From Octopus vulgaris (taxonomy: Eukaryota), in the NCBI GenBank assembly GCA_951406725.2, contig OX597834.1, positions 7,750,001 to 7,814,000 on the forward strand: a stretch of 64,000 nt of DNA, in the 5' to 3' direction. The stretch's first letter is position 1. Each line of letters begins with the position of its first letter. Of this stretch, positions 11,846 through 26,325 are shown in pieces. A model generated the notes under the pieces. It was not told the origin of the DNA. It made no database searches and saw only the letters and a list, made by a program, of their open reading frames with translations. The translations under genes and the position numbers were made by a program.

Positions 11846-12050
11846 AAAGTTAATCCAAACATGAAAACACAAAGAGAAAACACAACAACGAGAGGACGTG
11901 GAACAAATATGGTATTATTGGACGCTCAGGAAGGAAGAGAAGAAGGAGAGTTTAACGTTTCGAGCGGAGCTCTTCGTCGGAAACATAGGAAAAGGAAAGA
12001 TGCAGAGAAGGGAAGACAGAAGAAAAAAAATCGCCAACGGTACACACGCA
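11846..12050 (-). mobile_element. Family D-related (TA)n-associated repeat
   Basis: Minus strand: tttccgacgaagagctccgctcgaaacgttaaac...cctgagcgtccaataatac. Confidence 0.65.
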
Positions 12051-13261
12051 GTCGAGTGTGTATGTGTATTTCAGTGTGTGTGCGCGCTTGCCTGCCTGTG
12101 TATCTATCGGAACAATGTTGTTCCAGGCAGGATTTTGTACGGCTTTCGCGACTTAGAAGTGATGAAATCCGTGCAAAAGCCAAGTTGTATTTGAAGTGTT
12201 CCCAATGCCAGATTTAGCGGTAAAAATAGATCATGTTTACCCTCGAAACTGTCAAATAAATACATATCCCGAAGCCGCCGTTGTTTCACATATCACCTAG
12301 TGACATCAGTAGTCGTTATTGTTATTCTTGGTCGTCTGTACCTCTGACAAAGTTTTCTGCCTGTCGAAGAATAAAAATTACTCCCGCAGATTATAAATCC
12401 ATACGGAATTTGAAATATTCTGAGAAAGAAATAAAGAGTAGTGTTAAAGGCAAAATCGCCTACAACTTTATAAAGTATGAAATACGAAGTTCAAAATATA
12501 CTGCAATAAATTGATAAACTAATTCGATCGATTGACACTCCGTTTGGTTCCTTGGGCCTGCGTTTGTTAATATAGACGCACGATGAAAAAAAAAACTAAA
12601 ACCTAAAAAATCAATGCTATAAACTTTCACTACTATGAAATATTTCACAAAACACGCGAAGCAATAAAACAAGGAATCCTCCAGAGAATAAATCAGCACC
12701 AACAGCAATCACGCTAAAAACAGTTTTTTCTCATTCGATCGCTGAAGTAAATCAACGTCAAGCCTACGTAACACGTAGACAGTTGATCGCTGTTTGCTGT
12801 TGCAATCTGTTAAAATAGCTGTTCCAGTTACTTGAGAATGGATGAAAAATTAAATAAGACGGTCCTACATACACTATAATGGAAAAAAATGCAGGGTTTA
12901 TTTGCAGTTGGAAACCCGGAGATCATAAAAACGGTTTAAATTTGTACCAACCCCAAACAACCAATGCCCGTGAACACACGGTAACTATAAATTAGTCGTA
13001 ATCTAAATATTAATCAGTTAAAAATAAATAGAATAGTACAGGCATCGGCATAAAGTAGATCAATGTATATCTAGTGGAACAGCAATAGGTTACAAGAGAA
13101 ATCGAAAGTTATCATAAACTCTACTAAATGCTATAAAGAGTAACATTTTACGATAATGTAGGTGAGAAACATATATAACTCATAAGGACTTGTAAATGAA
13201 GGAGAAGCTGCGCAGTCACATGACCTACAAGAAAGAACACCGGGGCTTCCTTCATATCACG

Positions 13262-13385
13262 AACCACATGGTTCCGGGTTCACTCTCAGTGCATGGCAGC
13301 TTGGGAAAGTGCCTTCTTCTGTAGTCTCGAGCCGACCAAAGCCCTCTGACTGGATTTGGTAGACAGAAATTAAAGGAAGTGCGTC

Positions 13386-13463
<78 letters not shown>

Positions 13464-13681
13464 ATAAATGTATGTGTGTATATTTCTGTGTGTATTTGTC
13501 TCTGCATCATCGCTTGACAACCGATGCTGGTATGTTTACGTCCCAGTAACTAGCAAAAGAGAGCGATAGAATAAGTACTAGGCTTACAAAGAATAAGTTC
13601 AGGGATCGATTTGCTCGACAAAAGGCGGTGCTCCAGCATCGCCACAGCCAAATGTCTGAAACAAGCAAAAGAATAAAAGAA
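13262..13681 (+). mobile_element. SINE family A, diverged, 5'-truncated
   Basis: Alignable to other copies; expanded internal (TA)n. Confidence 0.85.
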
Positions 13682-14427
13682 CATTAGGTTATATAACGGT
13701 AAATGTCGTTAATCGAAGGGATGGTCATTATGACATGAAGGTCTGCTAGATTAATGCCGAACTATAACTAAACATTAGTCGCAACAGCATCGACCATAGA
13801 ATATTGGGCAGTGAATACAAAGATACAATTGATATCGATGTCCCCGAGTTTATATTACTATACAAATTAGAATGCACACAAAGGCTTTAATTGAGACATT
13901 ATAAAGAGATAAAAGAATGCAAAAATTATTTGAAAACTCAAAAATATCATTAATGCGCACACAATACAAAAAAATTTATACATATATACACGACGTTTTG
14001 TTTGGATTTCTTAATTCAATACTGCATACATAAGATACTAAGAAACATTTGTATAGTGTGTTGATGCTGTAGGATAAAAACACTTTCACATAACATTAAG
14101 AGTTAGTACATGAAGATATATTATATAAACTGACATAGAAAAATGGAATACATGTTTTTCAGAATGTAGCTGAAAAGGTAAGAATGTACACAAACATATG
14201 TATTGAATTAAAAAATATAGCTTCAAAGAAATGTATTAAATAACATATTTTAATTGGTACACAACAGAAAGGATATGCAATTGTTTCCTAAGGAACATCG
14301 ACATTAATAATATTTGAATATATATTATTCACAAACCTTGAAAATTTCATGTGTCCAATGTCAATATAAATCCTCTTGAAGAAAGAAAAAAAGTCTTGAT
14401 ATATTTCTATTAATGAGACACAAGCCT

Positions 14428-14890
14428 CAAAATATAATGGTTTCAAATTTTGGCATACGGTCAGCAATTCCGGGGAAGGGTAAGAGTGTCATACTACTGA
14501 TTATAGACAATTGCTTCTAAGAATTGTCCCTTCAGAAATTCGCTACTGCTGTCGCTGACGTGTTTGATCTCTGAGAAAGTCGTGTTAAGCAACATTTACG
14601 GGGTCCCTAATATCTGTAATATTAATGTTTCAGAACTCTGATGTCAGAGTTCCTATTCAAAATATAATGGTTTCAAATTTTGGCGCACGTTCAGCAATTC
14701 CGGGGGAGGGTTACACCGTCTTACTACTCATTATAGACAATTGCTTCTACGAATTGTCCCTTAAGAAATTCGCTACTTCTGTCTCTGACTTGTTTGATCT
14801 CTGAGAAAGTCGTGTTAAGCAACAGTTACGGGGTCCCTAATATGTGTAATATTATCGTATCAGAACTCTTGTGTCAGAGTTCCTATCCAA
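14428..14890. repeat. Tandem duplication, ~230-bp unit x2
   Basis: caaaatataatggtttcaaattttggc... starts at 14428 and again at 14658; the units align throughout. Confidence 0.9.
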
Positions 14891-15920
14891 CTCGCGGTCC
14901 GGACCGAACTCAGCACCAAATTTATTTTACCTGGTTAGACACTCATGATGTTGAAGACGAATTATTAGCATTTCTACTATTATGTAAAGTCGAGCTTCTT
15001 GAAACAGCTGTCGAGATAAATGATTATGTATTATCTTAGTAACTTTATGCGTGTTGTACATAAATTCATATATATATATATAAACGTGTTTATGTTTCTG
15101 AATATATGTTGAGAAATGTGTCTATGAGTGTGCATAGATATACATATATGCATACACGCACACACGCATATACACACAGACACACACACATATATGTATA
15201 TACATATATATATATAGGGTATAATAAATATATAATAGTGTACACATCGATTATTATATATATATATATATATATATTGTGTGTGTGTCTGTGTATGTGT
15301 GTTCGTATCTGTAATCTTTATACTACTCAAGATGTTTTACAATCATTTCTGCTTAACTGTGTTCGGAACGTAGCCTGAATATTATGAATAAGATTTCTCT
15401 ACAGAGAATTTTATCATTTAGATTTGTTAGAATATTAAACACTTTCAAAATATAACAGATTCTTCACCACAAATCGAAAAAAAAATGTAGAAGTGACAAG
15501 TAATTATACGAATATGTACATCTAAAGGAACCGTGTAATATCATACGTATGTATATATACGTAGACATACTAAGTATATATAAATATATAAATATATATA
15601 TATATGTATATGCATATGTATATATATATATATATGTATATATATCTATATATATATATATATACATATACACACACATATATATATATATATACATATA
15701 TATGTATATATATATACATATATATATATATATACACTTATACATGTTTTTGTCTAGTTATATATATACGAATGTTTTATATATTTGTAAATATTAATTG
15801 CTATAGAAAACATGCAGAGATATCCTTAGAAAGTGATATCAGAACATATATTATAAATATCTACACGCACACACGGACACATACCCAACTATATATACAC
15901 ACACACTCACACACACACAG

Positions 15921-16286
<366 letters not shown>

Positions 16287-16527
16287 ATGTATATATATAT
16301 ATATATATATATAATAATAATATAATATTATAATAATAACAATATTAGGGAGTATATCCAAACTTAGAGGGAAAAATTAGATTTAGGATTAAATCAAATT
16401 TTACAGTATAAATATAAATTAAATTAGAGATAAAACCACTATTAGGCAAATAAAACAGTGAAAGATATATATATATATATATATATGCGTGTGTATGTGT
16501 GTTTTTGTGTCTATGTGTCTGTGTCAA

Positions 16528-16790
16528 GGTGCCCGGCGTAGACGTAAGGGTATAAGGCTCACGTTATAAACGTTGTGAGTTCGATAACTGCCTTTATTTC
16601 ACGTTACTCCAGTTCACACAGCAGGCAGACATGATTTGTAGCTGTAATTCTAAGCTCCTGCCTCACTTCATTCTCTGTAAGGATAGATATTCCCGAAAAC
16701 TACACTCAAGCTATGCTCACTCATTTGTACGAGCACGTTGCTCCGTGCATTGGGTCGAGCTGAACACTCATCACCTTAGTCGACAGACTG
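16528..16790 (+). mobile_element. Old degenerate tRNA-SINE with family C-like tail
   Basis: B-box-like gagttcgata; tail cccgaaaactac...cgagcacgttgctccg resembles 41880-41990. Confidence 0.45.
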
Positions 16791-16894
16791 CCAGTTATGT
16801 TGTTATAACTATCATCATAAATACATACATACACATATATATAAATATATATATATATAGATATATATGTATATATATATATATATATGTATAT

Positions 16895-17198
16895 ATCACC
16901 GTGATCACCGTGACCGACCAGGCTATCAGATGTTGCTACACATCGCTGGTCACAATTCGCTTCGCATTGTTTTAGCCTTCAAATGACGCCACCCCGCTGG
17001 CTAAGCGAGCAGGCCAACAGAAGAATGAGTGAGAGAATGTTGTGGCGAAAGAGTACAGCAGGGATCGCCACTATCTCCTGCCGGAGCCTCGTGGAGCTTT
17101 AGGTGTTTTCGCTCAATATACACTCACACTCTGGGAATCGAAACCGCGATCCTACAACCGCGAGACCGCTGCCCTAACCACTGGGCTATTGCGCCTCC
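16895..17198 (-). mobile_element. SINE family C (tRNA-Arg-like head), tail type 2
   Basis: Head ggaggcgcaatagcccagtggttagggcagc... and body aaagctccacgaggctccggcagg are shared with 38560 and 41626; the distinct tail ends gtcacggtgatcacggtgat. Confidence 0.85.
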
Positions 17199-17419
17199 AC
17201 ATATGTATATATATATATATATACACATATATATACACACATATACATATACCCATACATACATATATATATATATATTATATACATATATGTATCGACG
17301 TACATAAATATATATATATATATGCATATATACATATATATATATGGGTGTTTGTGTGTGCATGTATTTATGTATGTATATGTATGTATATATGTATATA
17401 TCTATATGTATATATATGA

Positions 17420-17480
<61 letters not shown>

Positions 17481-17573
17481 GTGTTTTTGTGTGTATGTAT
17501 TTATGTATATATACATATATATATATGTATGTATTTATGTATATATATATATTTATATATATGTCTATATATA

Positions 17574-17649
<76 letters not shown>

Positions 17650-18067
17650 AGTATATGTATTAGCTGAATATGTTGTTCTCTCTCAAAAACTATCGTTCCT
17701 GTATTCGCATACAAAATAAAGTTTATCTATTAAGATATGTCTTCAATTTCACTGATTTCCTTTTTCTATGTATCTAAATGTTGTCAATAAGATTGGTCAA
17801 TATAGCATTCATGCATCTTATAAATATTATATCACATATTTCCATATGTTTCAATGTATTTCTGTGCCATGTGTATTATGTCTGTGCAATTGCATTATCC
17901 TTGAGATTGCTTCTTCCAAATCTATTCGGTAAAATTACGATTTCGAATATATAAACCGGCTGAAAAGTTCTAGACAGCAGGAAATGATTTTGAGTCGACA
18001 TGCAAAGAACGTCACCGATAATAAATTACCTGATTTGTGATATCATTAGTATCTACGTTTAAGTATA

Positions 18068-18123
18068 ACATCATCATCATCATCATCATCATCGCCATCA
18101 TCATCGTCACCATCATCATCGTC

Positions 18124-18183
<60 letters not shown>

Positions 18184-18272
18184 GTCATCATCATCATCAT
18201 CATCATCGTCATCATCATCACCATCATCACCATCATCATTATCATCATCACCATCATCATCACCATCATCAC

Positions 18273-18313
<41 letters not shown>

Positions 18314-18521
18314 CCACCACCACCACCACCATCATCACCATCATTACCAATATCATCAATACCATCACCGCCATCATCATCACGGTCATTATAATCATCA
18401 ACATTATCATCATCATCACCATCATCATCATCACCATCATTTATCACCATCAGCATCACCAACACCACGACTACTACCACCACCATCATCATCATTATCA
18501 TCATCATTAATACCATCACCG

Positions 18522-18591
<70 letters not shown>

Positions 18592-18655
18592 GATCCTCCT
18601 CCTCCTCCTCCTCCACATCATTATCATTACCATCATCGTTATCCTCGTCGTCGTC
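18068..18655. repeat. (ATC)n/(ACC)n microsatellite
   Basis: Direct reading. Confidence 0.95.
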
Positions 18656-18892
18656 GTGTTTTATTGTACTTTATAAGTTGTATTATATAAACTGGAATGT
18701 TTTGAAGATGTGTAATGAGAGCGTGTGTAACGGTTTTAGATAAATACAAATGCATAGACATACATATATATTTATATCTGTGTGCATATACGTGTTCTGT
18801 GTATGTGTGTATGTGCATGTGTGTAAATTGTTATAAACGAAAATATAAAAGCATCAATATGAGTATACATATATGTACATTTTCATATAGAC

Positions 18893-18951
<59 letters not shown>

Positions 18952-18960
18952 ATGTATATA

Positions 18961-19003
<43 letters not shown>

Positions 19004-19373
19004 TTCTATAGAAGTGTAAATGCATCGACATACATGTATGCAGATATATGTAACTGTATATTTATATGTATTTATATATATATATGTTTTGTGTGTGTGT
19101 GCGTGGGAGGGTTGTGTATGTTTTCGGATTGTCCTTGCACAGGGGCCCATCCAGACCCTCGTCTCACCGTGAACACGGATTAAGCTTTCTTCGCTCCTTT
19201 GCACCACACGGGCTGAACTCTCCTCCCCTCTTCATCTAACTCGTGAGAAGGAAAAGATGGACTATTCTTTGATTCCACACTGATTCTATATGTTTTTCTT
19301 CGTGGCGAAGAATTCCATCACTGAAGAATCCACCTCCCTTTTGTTGATGGCGTGTGATAAGCGAAGGAAGTAA

Positions 19374-19640
19374 GCCATGGATTATTACGTGTGCAAGTCC
19401 ATGGTTCAGTTCTTGCGCTCGCAATTCTTCATCAACCAAGAGAAAATAGAAGCTGCAGTAAAGATTTATTTGCCTCGAAGGAAAAGAACTGGCATCAGCG
19501 TTGGATCGAAGAACTGGCGGACAGGTGTGTTCAAAAGGAGCGACACGTTGGCCTCTGCGTCGAAGGATATTTTCTTTTAACTTGACGAATGAAGTAATTA
19601 ATTTAGCAAAACATTGCAAAACATTTGACACGGCGCAGTA
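19374..19640 (+). mobile_element. Degenerate mariner transposase C-terminus and probable right end
   Basis: PMDYYVCKSMVQFLRSQFF..(frameshift)..FASKEKNWHQRWIEELADR matches the mariner pattern PSDYHLFRSM...FFASK...Y..GI..L..RW. Confidence 0.7.
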
Positions 19641-20473
19641 TTACAACCGTACACGGTAATATATAACTGATACTTAATTATAAATTCCGTAATTATGAAC
19701 AAGCTTAGTCAATCTGCACTCACAATATTGGAGTAGAAATTTAATGTGTTTAAGCTTGTAATCCAGTGATCTTCCACGTTATACATAAAACCCTTGACAT
19801 TTAATGAAATAAATTGAATTATCTCTTAACACACCTTCTGTGATTATTAGCAGCAAATCTACAGCAGTTAGCGGAATGACTACACGTTAATTAACTTTCG
19901 TAGTTGTCTGCAGCTGATGACATCTTTCCTTAACTCATGAAAGGCATGGATGAGCAAACGAATGATAATAAGAGCGTGCTATCCTTGACGTTCATTTTTT
20001 TCTCTCCATACTTAACACTATTTTATCGAAAGTGCTATTTCTTTTTAAAACAAGTTGTGTATTATTTGAAACAAAATGGCTGTTAGTGGTGAAGGTTAAG
20101 AAGCTTCTCTTGATTTCTTTCTTCATTTTTTTTTTTGTTTTCTTTCTTTTTTGTAAATGTACAAGAAACAGAAGGGAGTGTCAAACGGATATGTATTATT
20201 TGGTAGTTTCATTTGCTAATTCCATAAACTGGTCAAGAATTTAAATGCATAGAGGATTCCACACGCAAAAATGTCGTTCATTTTCAGTGACTACTCAAAT
20301 ATAAGAAATTATCTATATCTAAGAAACTAGCAAGTAATTTCTGTGAAAGAAACATATGACTGCTATTTCTTTTAAGTAGAACAGCCATGTTGGTAGATAT
20401 TCTTTTCGTTCAAATGTTGTATTTTGTTGTATTTTGTTACAACAAAATGTCTTTTGTTACAAGCAGGAATAAA

Positions 20474-20692
20474 CCTTTCTACTAATGGCACAAAGCCTGA
20501 AATTGGTGGGGGGTGGGGGCTAGTCGATATCATCGACTCTAGTGTCTTACTGGTGCTTAATTTATTGACTCCGAAAAGATGAAACGCAAATTTTCCCTCG
20601 GCAGAATCTGAAGTCAGAACGTAGAGCGACGGGTCAAGAATTTCGCTAAGCATTTCGTTCAGAACGCTATCGATTCTACCAGATCGACACCT
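20474..20692 (-). mobile_element. SINE family B variant, diverged
   Basis: actccgaaaagatgaaacgcaaat...cggcagaatctgaagtcagaacg resembles the reverse complement of the family B core. Confidence 0.65.
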
Positions 20693-21699
20693 TTATAAGC
20701 AAGAATAACTATATATGTTTAAGTCGCGTTTACACCCCCCTCTCCGCCTTCTGCTTTATTTAATCTAGTGCCATTAAATAGACCCTGGACAAATTTCACA
20801 ATGAATTGCAGAATCGTTAGAACGTCGAAATGAATGCTTCGGAATGTTAGCACCGACTCTGGGTGCTCTGAGTTCAGGTTCCATTTAGATCAAATATGAG
20901 TTTCATCATTTTGGAGGTCCGTAAAAATGCACGAATATAATGCGCTGGATTGGTGGAAGCGTGAAAACGTCAACTAGTTGCCTTGCAAATTCTGTTTCAG
21001 TTACTTTGCCTTTCATCGTTTCAGAGTCGATAGAATAAATACCAGTTGATCAATTGGGGGAGGGAGCGATGCAGTGGATTTACCCACTCCCTTGAACTTT
21101 CTGACTTTGTGCCAACATTTGACACCAATATTTGTTTCAGTTATTTTCCTTCATTGTTCATATCCTGCTATAGACTACTTGTCTCCTATACTTCAGTCGT
21201 CCTCAGTTTTAAAACCACAATCACGTAACTTCGTTCCCTTTAGCGGAGGTCACTACGATGCAAGGATTCGCATCTGATATCCAGTTTGAAGATAACTTTC
21301 TATATCTCTCATACTAATCTCAGGGGCCCTATAATGAGTCCAGATCTAAAGAGAAAAAAGACAAATTTATCTCAGGGAAGATAAATCTTAATAATGCAAA
21401 AGTGTGTTACAAATATTGTAAATTGCATCACACTGCAGCACTTCCTGAATGTCGGGCAGATTAGGTCTATATTCATATCGCTACGGGTGCCATTGTCATG
21501 TTTAGCTGACAGGGGTAAATGTACGATATATTTGCAAAGTTATTATTTTTAGCTTTCAGTAGAGAAGTCATATTTTAATATCTTGAACAAGGTAATAGAA
21601 AATTACCTCAGTTCTCAGCTCCATACTAAACTCCACCGAATAGTCTCTTCGACAGCGTATACATGTATACTTTCTGATTTTCATATGTACGTTTCCGGA

Positions 21700-21905
21700 A
21701 GTCAGTGAGCTGACAGAAGCTTTTATACTCTGGACAAAATGTTTAGCAGCATTTAGTCCGTCTTTACAATTTGAGTTCAAATTCCGCCAGGGTCGACTTG
21801 GTCTTTCATCCTTTTGGGGACGATTGCATAATAATCAATCAATTACTGGGATCATGTAATCGACTTGCCCCTGTCCCAAAGTTTCAAGTCTTGTGTCTAC
21901 AGTAG
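21700..21905 (+). mobile_element. SINE family B variant, diverged
   Basis: gagttcaaattccgccagggtcgacttggtctttcatcc. Confidence 0.65.
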
Positions 21906-22175
21906 AGAGGAGATACATGTCTTCGGTTCTGGCATGGCTTTATGGTTTCAGAATTTATCTGTTTCACGATATCACTTTCAATTCAATCCTAATAACACTT
22001 CTACAATGTCTATTGGCCTATCAATGCTTTTCATTTTCAGCTTTGTAGAAGTGTATGGAACCTGTAGAGATCGTTCTTGTTTCGTCTTAATCTGCTGCCC
22101 GTTTCAATGCCGATATTTGTCCGTTCAGTGACATTGGAAGAAACCACTCTGCTACAAGCATTCTGGTTAGATACC

Positions 22176-22407
22176 TATTTCTTTACTACCCACAAGGGGC
22201 TAAACACAGAGGAGACAAGCAAGGAGAGACAGACGGATTAAGTCGATTATATCGACCCCAATGCGTAACTGGTGCTTAATTTATCGACCCCGAAAGGATG
22301 AAAGGCAAAGTCGACCTCGGGGGAGATTAAACTCAGAACGTAACGGCAGACGAAATACCGCTAAGCATTTCGCCCGGCGTACTAACGTTTCTGCCAGCTC
22401 GTCGCCT
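22176..22407 (-). mobile_element. SINE family B, full length, 16-bp TSD
   Basis: attctggttagatacc at 22160-22175 and 22414-22429, with an extra tggttag stutter at 22407-22413. Confidence 0.9.
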
Positions 22408-23519
22408 GGTTAGATTCTGGTTAGATACCGTCTCTGATTATAACTTCCTATATTTCTTCCACAATTCACTTTGCAGGGGTCGTGGAGGAAACTATTTTAA
22501 CACTGGACACATCGTTTCTTCTCTGACTAAGAAATTTAAATAATGCGAAAAAAAATTACACAACAGACCACCTCAGACAGTTTAATTGCATTGAACATTA
22601 ATATTCACCGTCAGTGAACATTGTTTTGTCAACTACGAGATATATACTGCAAAATATTATGAAAACCAATTACAATACATTAACTTTTGTTGCAATTTTC
22701 AGAGTAATAATAAATTAGGTTCATAGAAATCACTGGGATATCAATGGTGATCTGAAGATTTTTAAATCCGCAACTAACATCAGAAAATAGCTTCGTTTAT
22801 CCTTTTCTTTCTCTGTAGCTTTTCCTTTCACTTGCTCAGGATATTTTAATTGAAACCTGCTTCAATAATCTTCAACTCAATGCCTAATAGAATTGTACCA
22901 ATACTGTAGTAAAGTCTTTTGTGCCAAGGAAGTGATAAGACTGTAATTGTTGAATTTCAAATTATATATCAGCAAAGGCCACGTCAATAACGCTGCAAAA
23001 ATCGAATCAAGTCTTATCTTATTTGTATTCCTGATAACATTTATACACGATTTCCTTGCGCCTATAATGCATTGAATTCGAAATATACGCATAATTTGCT
23101 GACGAGAATAAATATTTGAAATAAGGTGAGGCTTTTGTGTCACATGTTTAATACGTAACCCTATCTGAAAGATCCATTCAGCATTTCACACTAGGTTGTA
23201 TGATTTAGGGGTTAAAGGGTGAAATTTAATAGACTACGTTAGCGGAATTCAGATAATAGTTGTTGAAACTGTAACCTTTATCCACTGCGTTGCAATATTT
23301 AAGAATATTCGGTTAACGGTTAGTTTGTCAACAGGAATTCTTGAAGTAGGTGTATACCACATGGAGACCTCTATGCAGTAATGAAAATATATTTTCGCGT
23401 TTTAGGTATAAGTGGATGCGTATAAATGGTACTGGGTGCTAGTGCAGCGAAGTATATAGCACTTAAAGTATTCCAGAGATATATTTATTCCATTGTTCGC
23501 TGAGCACGTTAAGCATGTA

Positions 23520-23812
<293 letters not shown>

Positions 23813-23863
23813 AAAAGCAGTTTGAAAAGGAACTATATAAGACAAATTTTAATTCTCGTAGAA

Positions 23864-23911
23864 ATTTTACATGTTTCGGTTCTTCATGAAAAAACGAACC
23901 TTATCAAAAAT
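23864..23911 (-). ncRNA. Degenerate HHR relic
   Basis: Minus strand: attt TTGATAA ggttc...gaacc GAAAC at GTA aaat; two core substitutions. Confidence 0.45.
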
Positions 23912-24046
23912 ATTTTTAAAAGTTAAGTGTAATAAAATATTACATAATCGTTTCTTACTAGTCTTAACAGAATCCATGTGAGGGGGAGCATAGTAGCTGT
24001 CTTGTGTGTTGACTAACGTTGGGGAAAAACTGTCTACATGTGACTA

Positions 24047-24158
<112 letters not shown>

Positions 24159-24445
24159 TACCGAAGCGTTAGCGCGAGGCAATGTTTACATACGGGCAGA
24201 ATTCAGACTGGTTCAAATATGTTTGTAAAATATTTCAACAGCAGTTACCGTCGAAAATATGTCTTTCTTATAGTAAAAAAGTGTGAAAGCACCCTGTTCG
24301 TTCAGTGTCTCCATCTGTTGGGAATCTCGTACTTAGATGTTTCGTGCTATTTCGTCTCTCGTCAATGAGATGTACCAAAGAAATATTTCAGATTTATTCA
24401 TTTCATTGTTTGGAGAGCACGCTCAACAAACATATGTATATGAAT

Positions 24446-24478
<33 letters not shown>

Positions 24479-24708
24479 AACACACGCATAAACACACACA
24501 CACATATATATATATATATACATATATACACACATATATATATATGTATGTATGTATATCTATATATCTATATATATATATCTACATATACATACATATA
24601 TAAATACACGCACGTATAAATATATATATATATATATATATATACATACATACATATATACATATATATATATGTGTGTGTGTGTGTGTATATATATGTA
24701 CGTATATA

Positions 24709-24746
<38 letters not shown>

Positions 24747-24748
<2 letters not shown>

Positions 24749-25070
24749 GACTCCAAATTTGCCATCAAGATGTAGGACAAGATACTGTGATAGCCTGGGC
24801 TTCCGAGGCCCACAGCTCTTCAATATCCTCCCGAAGAACCTAAGAGACCTGCATGGGGTGGATGCAGATGTCTTTAAAATGAAACTGGATCTCTTCCTGT
24901 CAGGTGTCCCAGATGAACCAACTTCACGGCAGGAGGTGCAGATGAGGGCTGCTGCATCGAACTCTCTCATGCACCAAATGGCAGTTGCTAAAAAGCTTTC
25001 GTGAAGTAAAACCACGTAGCAACACCAAATGGCGGTGCCCCAGCATGGCCACAGCTCATGAGCTGAAACT

Positions 25071-25103
<33 letters not shown>
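24747..25103 (+). mobile_element. CR1-group LINE 3' fragment with (CAAT)n tail; candidate partner of SINE A
   Basis: [15 protein letters not shown]...[16 protein letters not shown]...RAAASNSL, stop at 25004; the 3' UTR ends ggcggtgccccagcatggccacagctcatgagctgaaac. Confidence 0.8.
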
Positions 25104-25104
<1 letters not shown>

Positions 25105-25644
25105 TATATACAGAAACACACACACACAACATACACATGAATATGTTTTAAATTTGTTTACTGGAAACGTTCTGAATATACAAATAAAGCTCTTATTACA
25201 TTATGCAAACTAAAGTCTTCTAATGTTGCTCACTGGTGAACCTGTTTTTGATTTTGCATCTAGCTGTAACGATATAATACAGGATAAACGTAAAAATAAT
25301 AACAATATTCTGTATATAAAGTTCATAAAAAATTAATGCTTCACTACGCACGTTTCCTTAAATCTCTTGTCACATTTTGACAAAAACCATCCAACCTTCG
25401 CATTGATAAAAATGGATGAACATCCCTTTGGTAAGCATGCCTTAATGCTCTATCGCCTGAAGAAATGAATCCACGTGGATGATTAGCCCACGGATACTAC
25501 ATACTTCACTGTAATCATCCTTGGAATATGGACTATCGTTTTAAGAAACGTAATTTATGGAAACGCGCGGGCGAGTCATTAAATATTTATAAATGCCATA
25601 CCAGGATTATTATCATTATTACTATAAATATGAATATATGTGCA

Positions 25645-25812
25645 TGACATGGCTTAGGCGGAGCGGTGTAGTAAGAAGCTTACTTTCCAGCCACATAGTT
25701 CGGGGTTCAGTCCCAATGAGTGGCAGCTTGGGAAAGTGTCTTCTCCTATAGCCTCGGGCCGATCACAGCCTTGTGGGTGTATTTGGTAGACGGAAAATGA
25801 AAGAAGCCCGTC

Positions 25813-25855
<43 letters not shown>

Positions 25856-26325
25856 TGAATGATTATCCTAGTATGGATAATTCGGTTAACCGATACCCGG
25901 GTAGCAAATTCACGTCAGAAAAACACGGTTGAAGCTACATGCCAAGGGCAGAGATCACGTGCTTTCGTGTGGAAATTTGTGTGTTTTTTTAATACAAATA
26001 AATGAAAGAATATATGTCGAGAATAAAGGAATTTTGTTAAATCGTCGTTCAACTCCATTCTTTCATTTATATATATATATATATATATACACATATGTGT
26101 GTGTGTGTGTCTTTGTGTCTGTGTTTGTCCCACCATCATCGGTTGACAACCAATGTTGAAGTGTTCACGTCCCCGTAACTTAACGATTCGTCAAATTAGA
26201 CAGCTTAAGTACAAGACCTATAGAGAATAAGTACTTGGGTCTATTCCTTCAAATAAAAAACATTCATGGCGGTGCCCAAGAATGGCCATTGTCGAATGTC
26301 TAAAACAAGTAAAAGAATAAAAGAA
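25645..26325 (+). mobile_element. SINE family A split by an insertion in its internal (TA)n
   Basis: 5' half 25645-25813, 3' half about 26095-26325. Confidence 0.8.
25852..26070 (-). mobile_element. Miniature PLE2-family insertion (3' tail plus inverted pLTR piece)
   Basis: 25852-26011 is the reverse complement of about 8120-8276; 26012-26070 is a direct copy of about 8075-8133. Confidence 0.85.
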
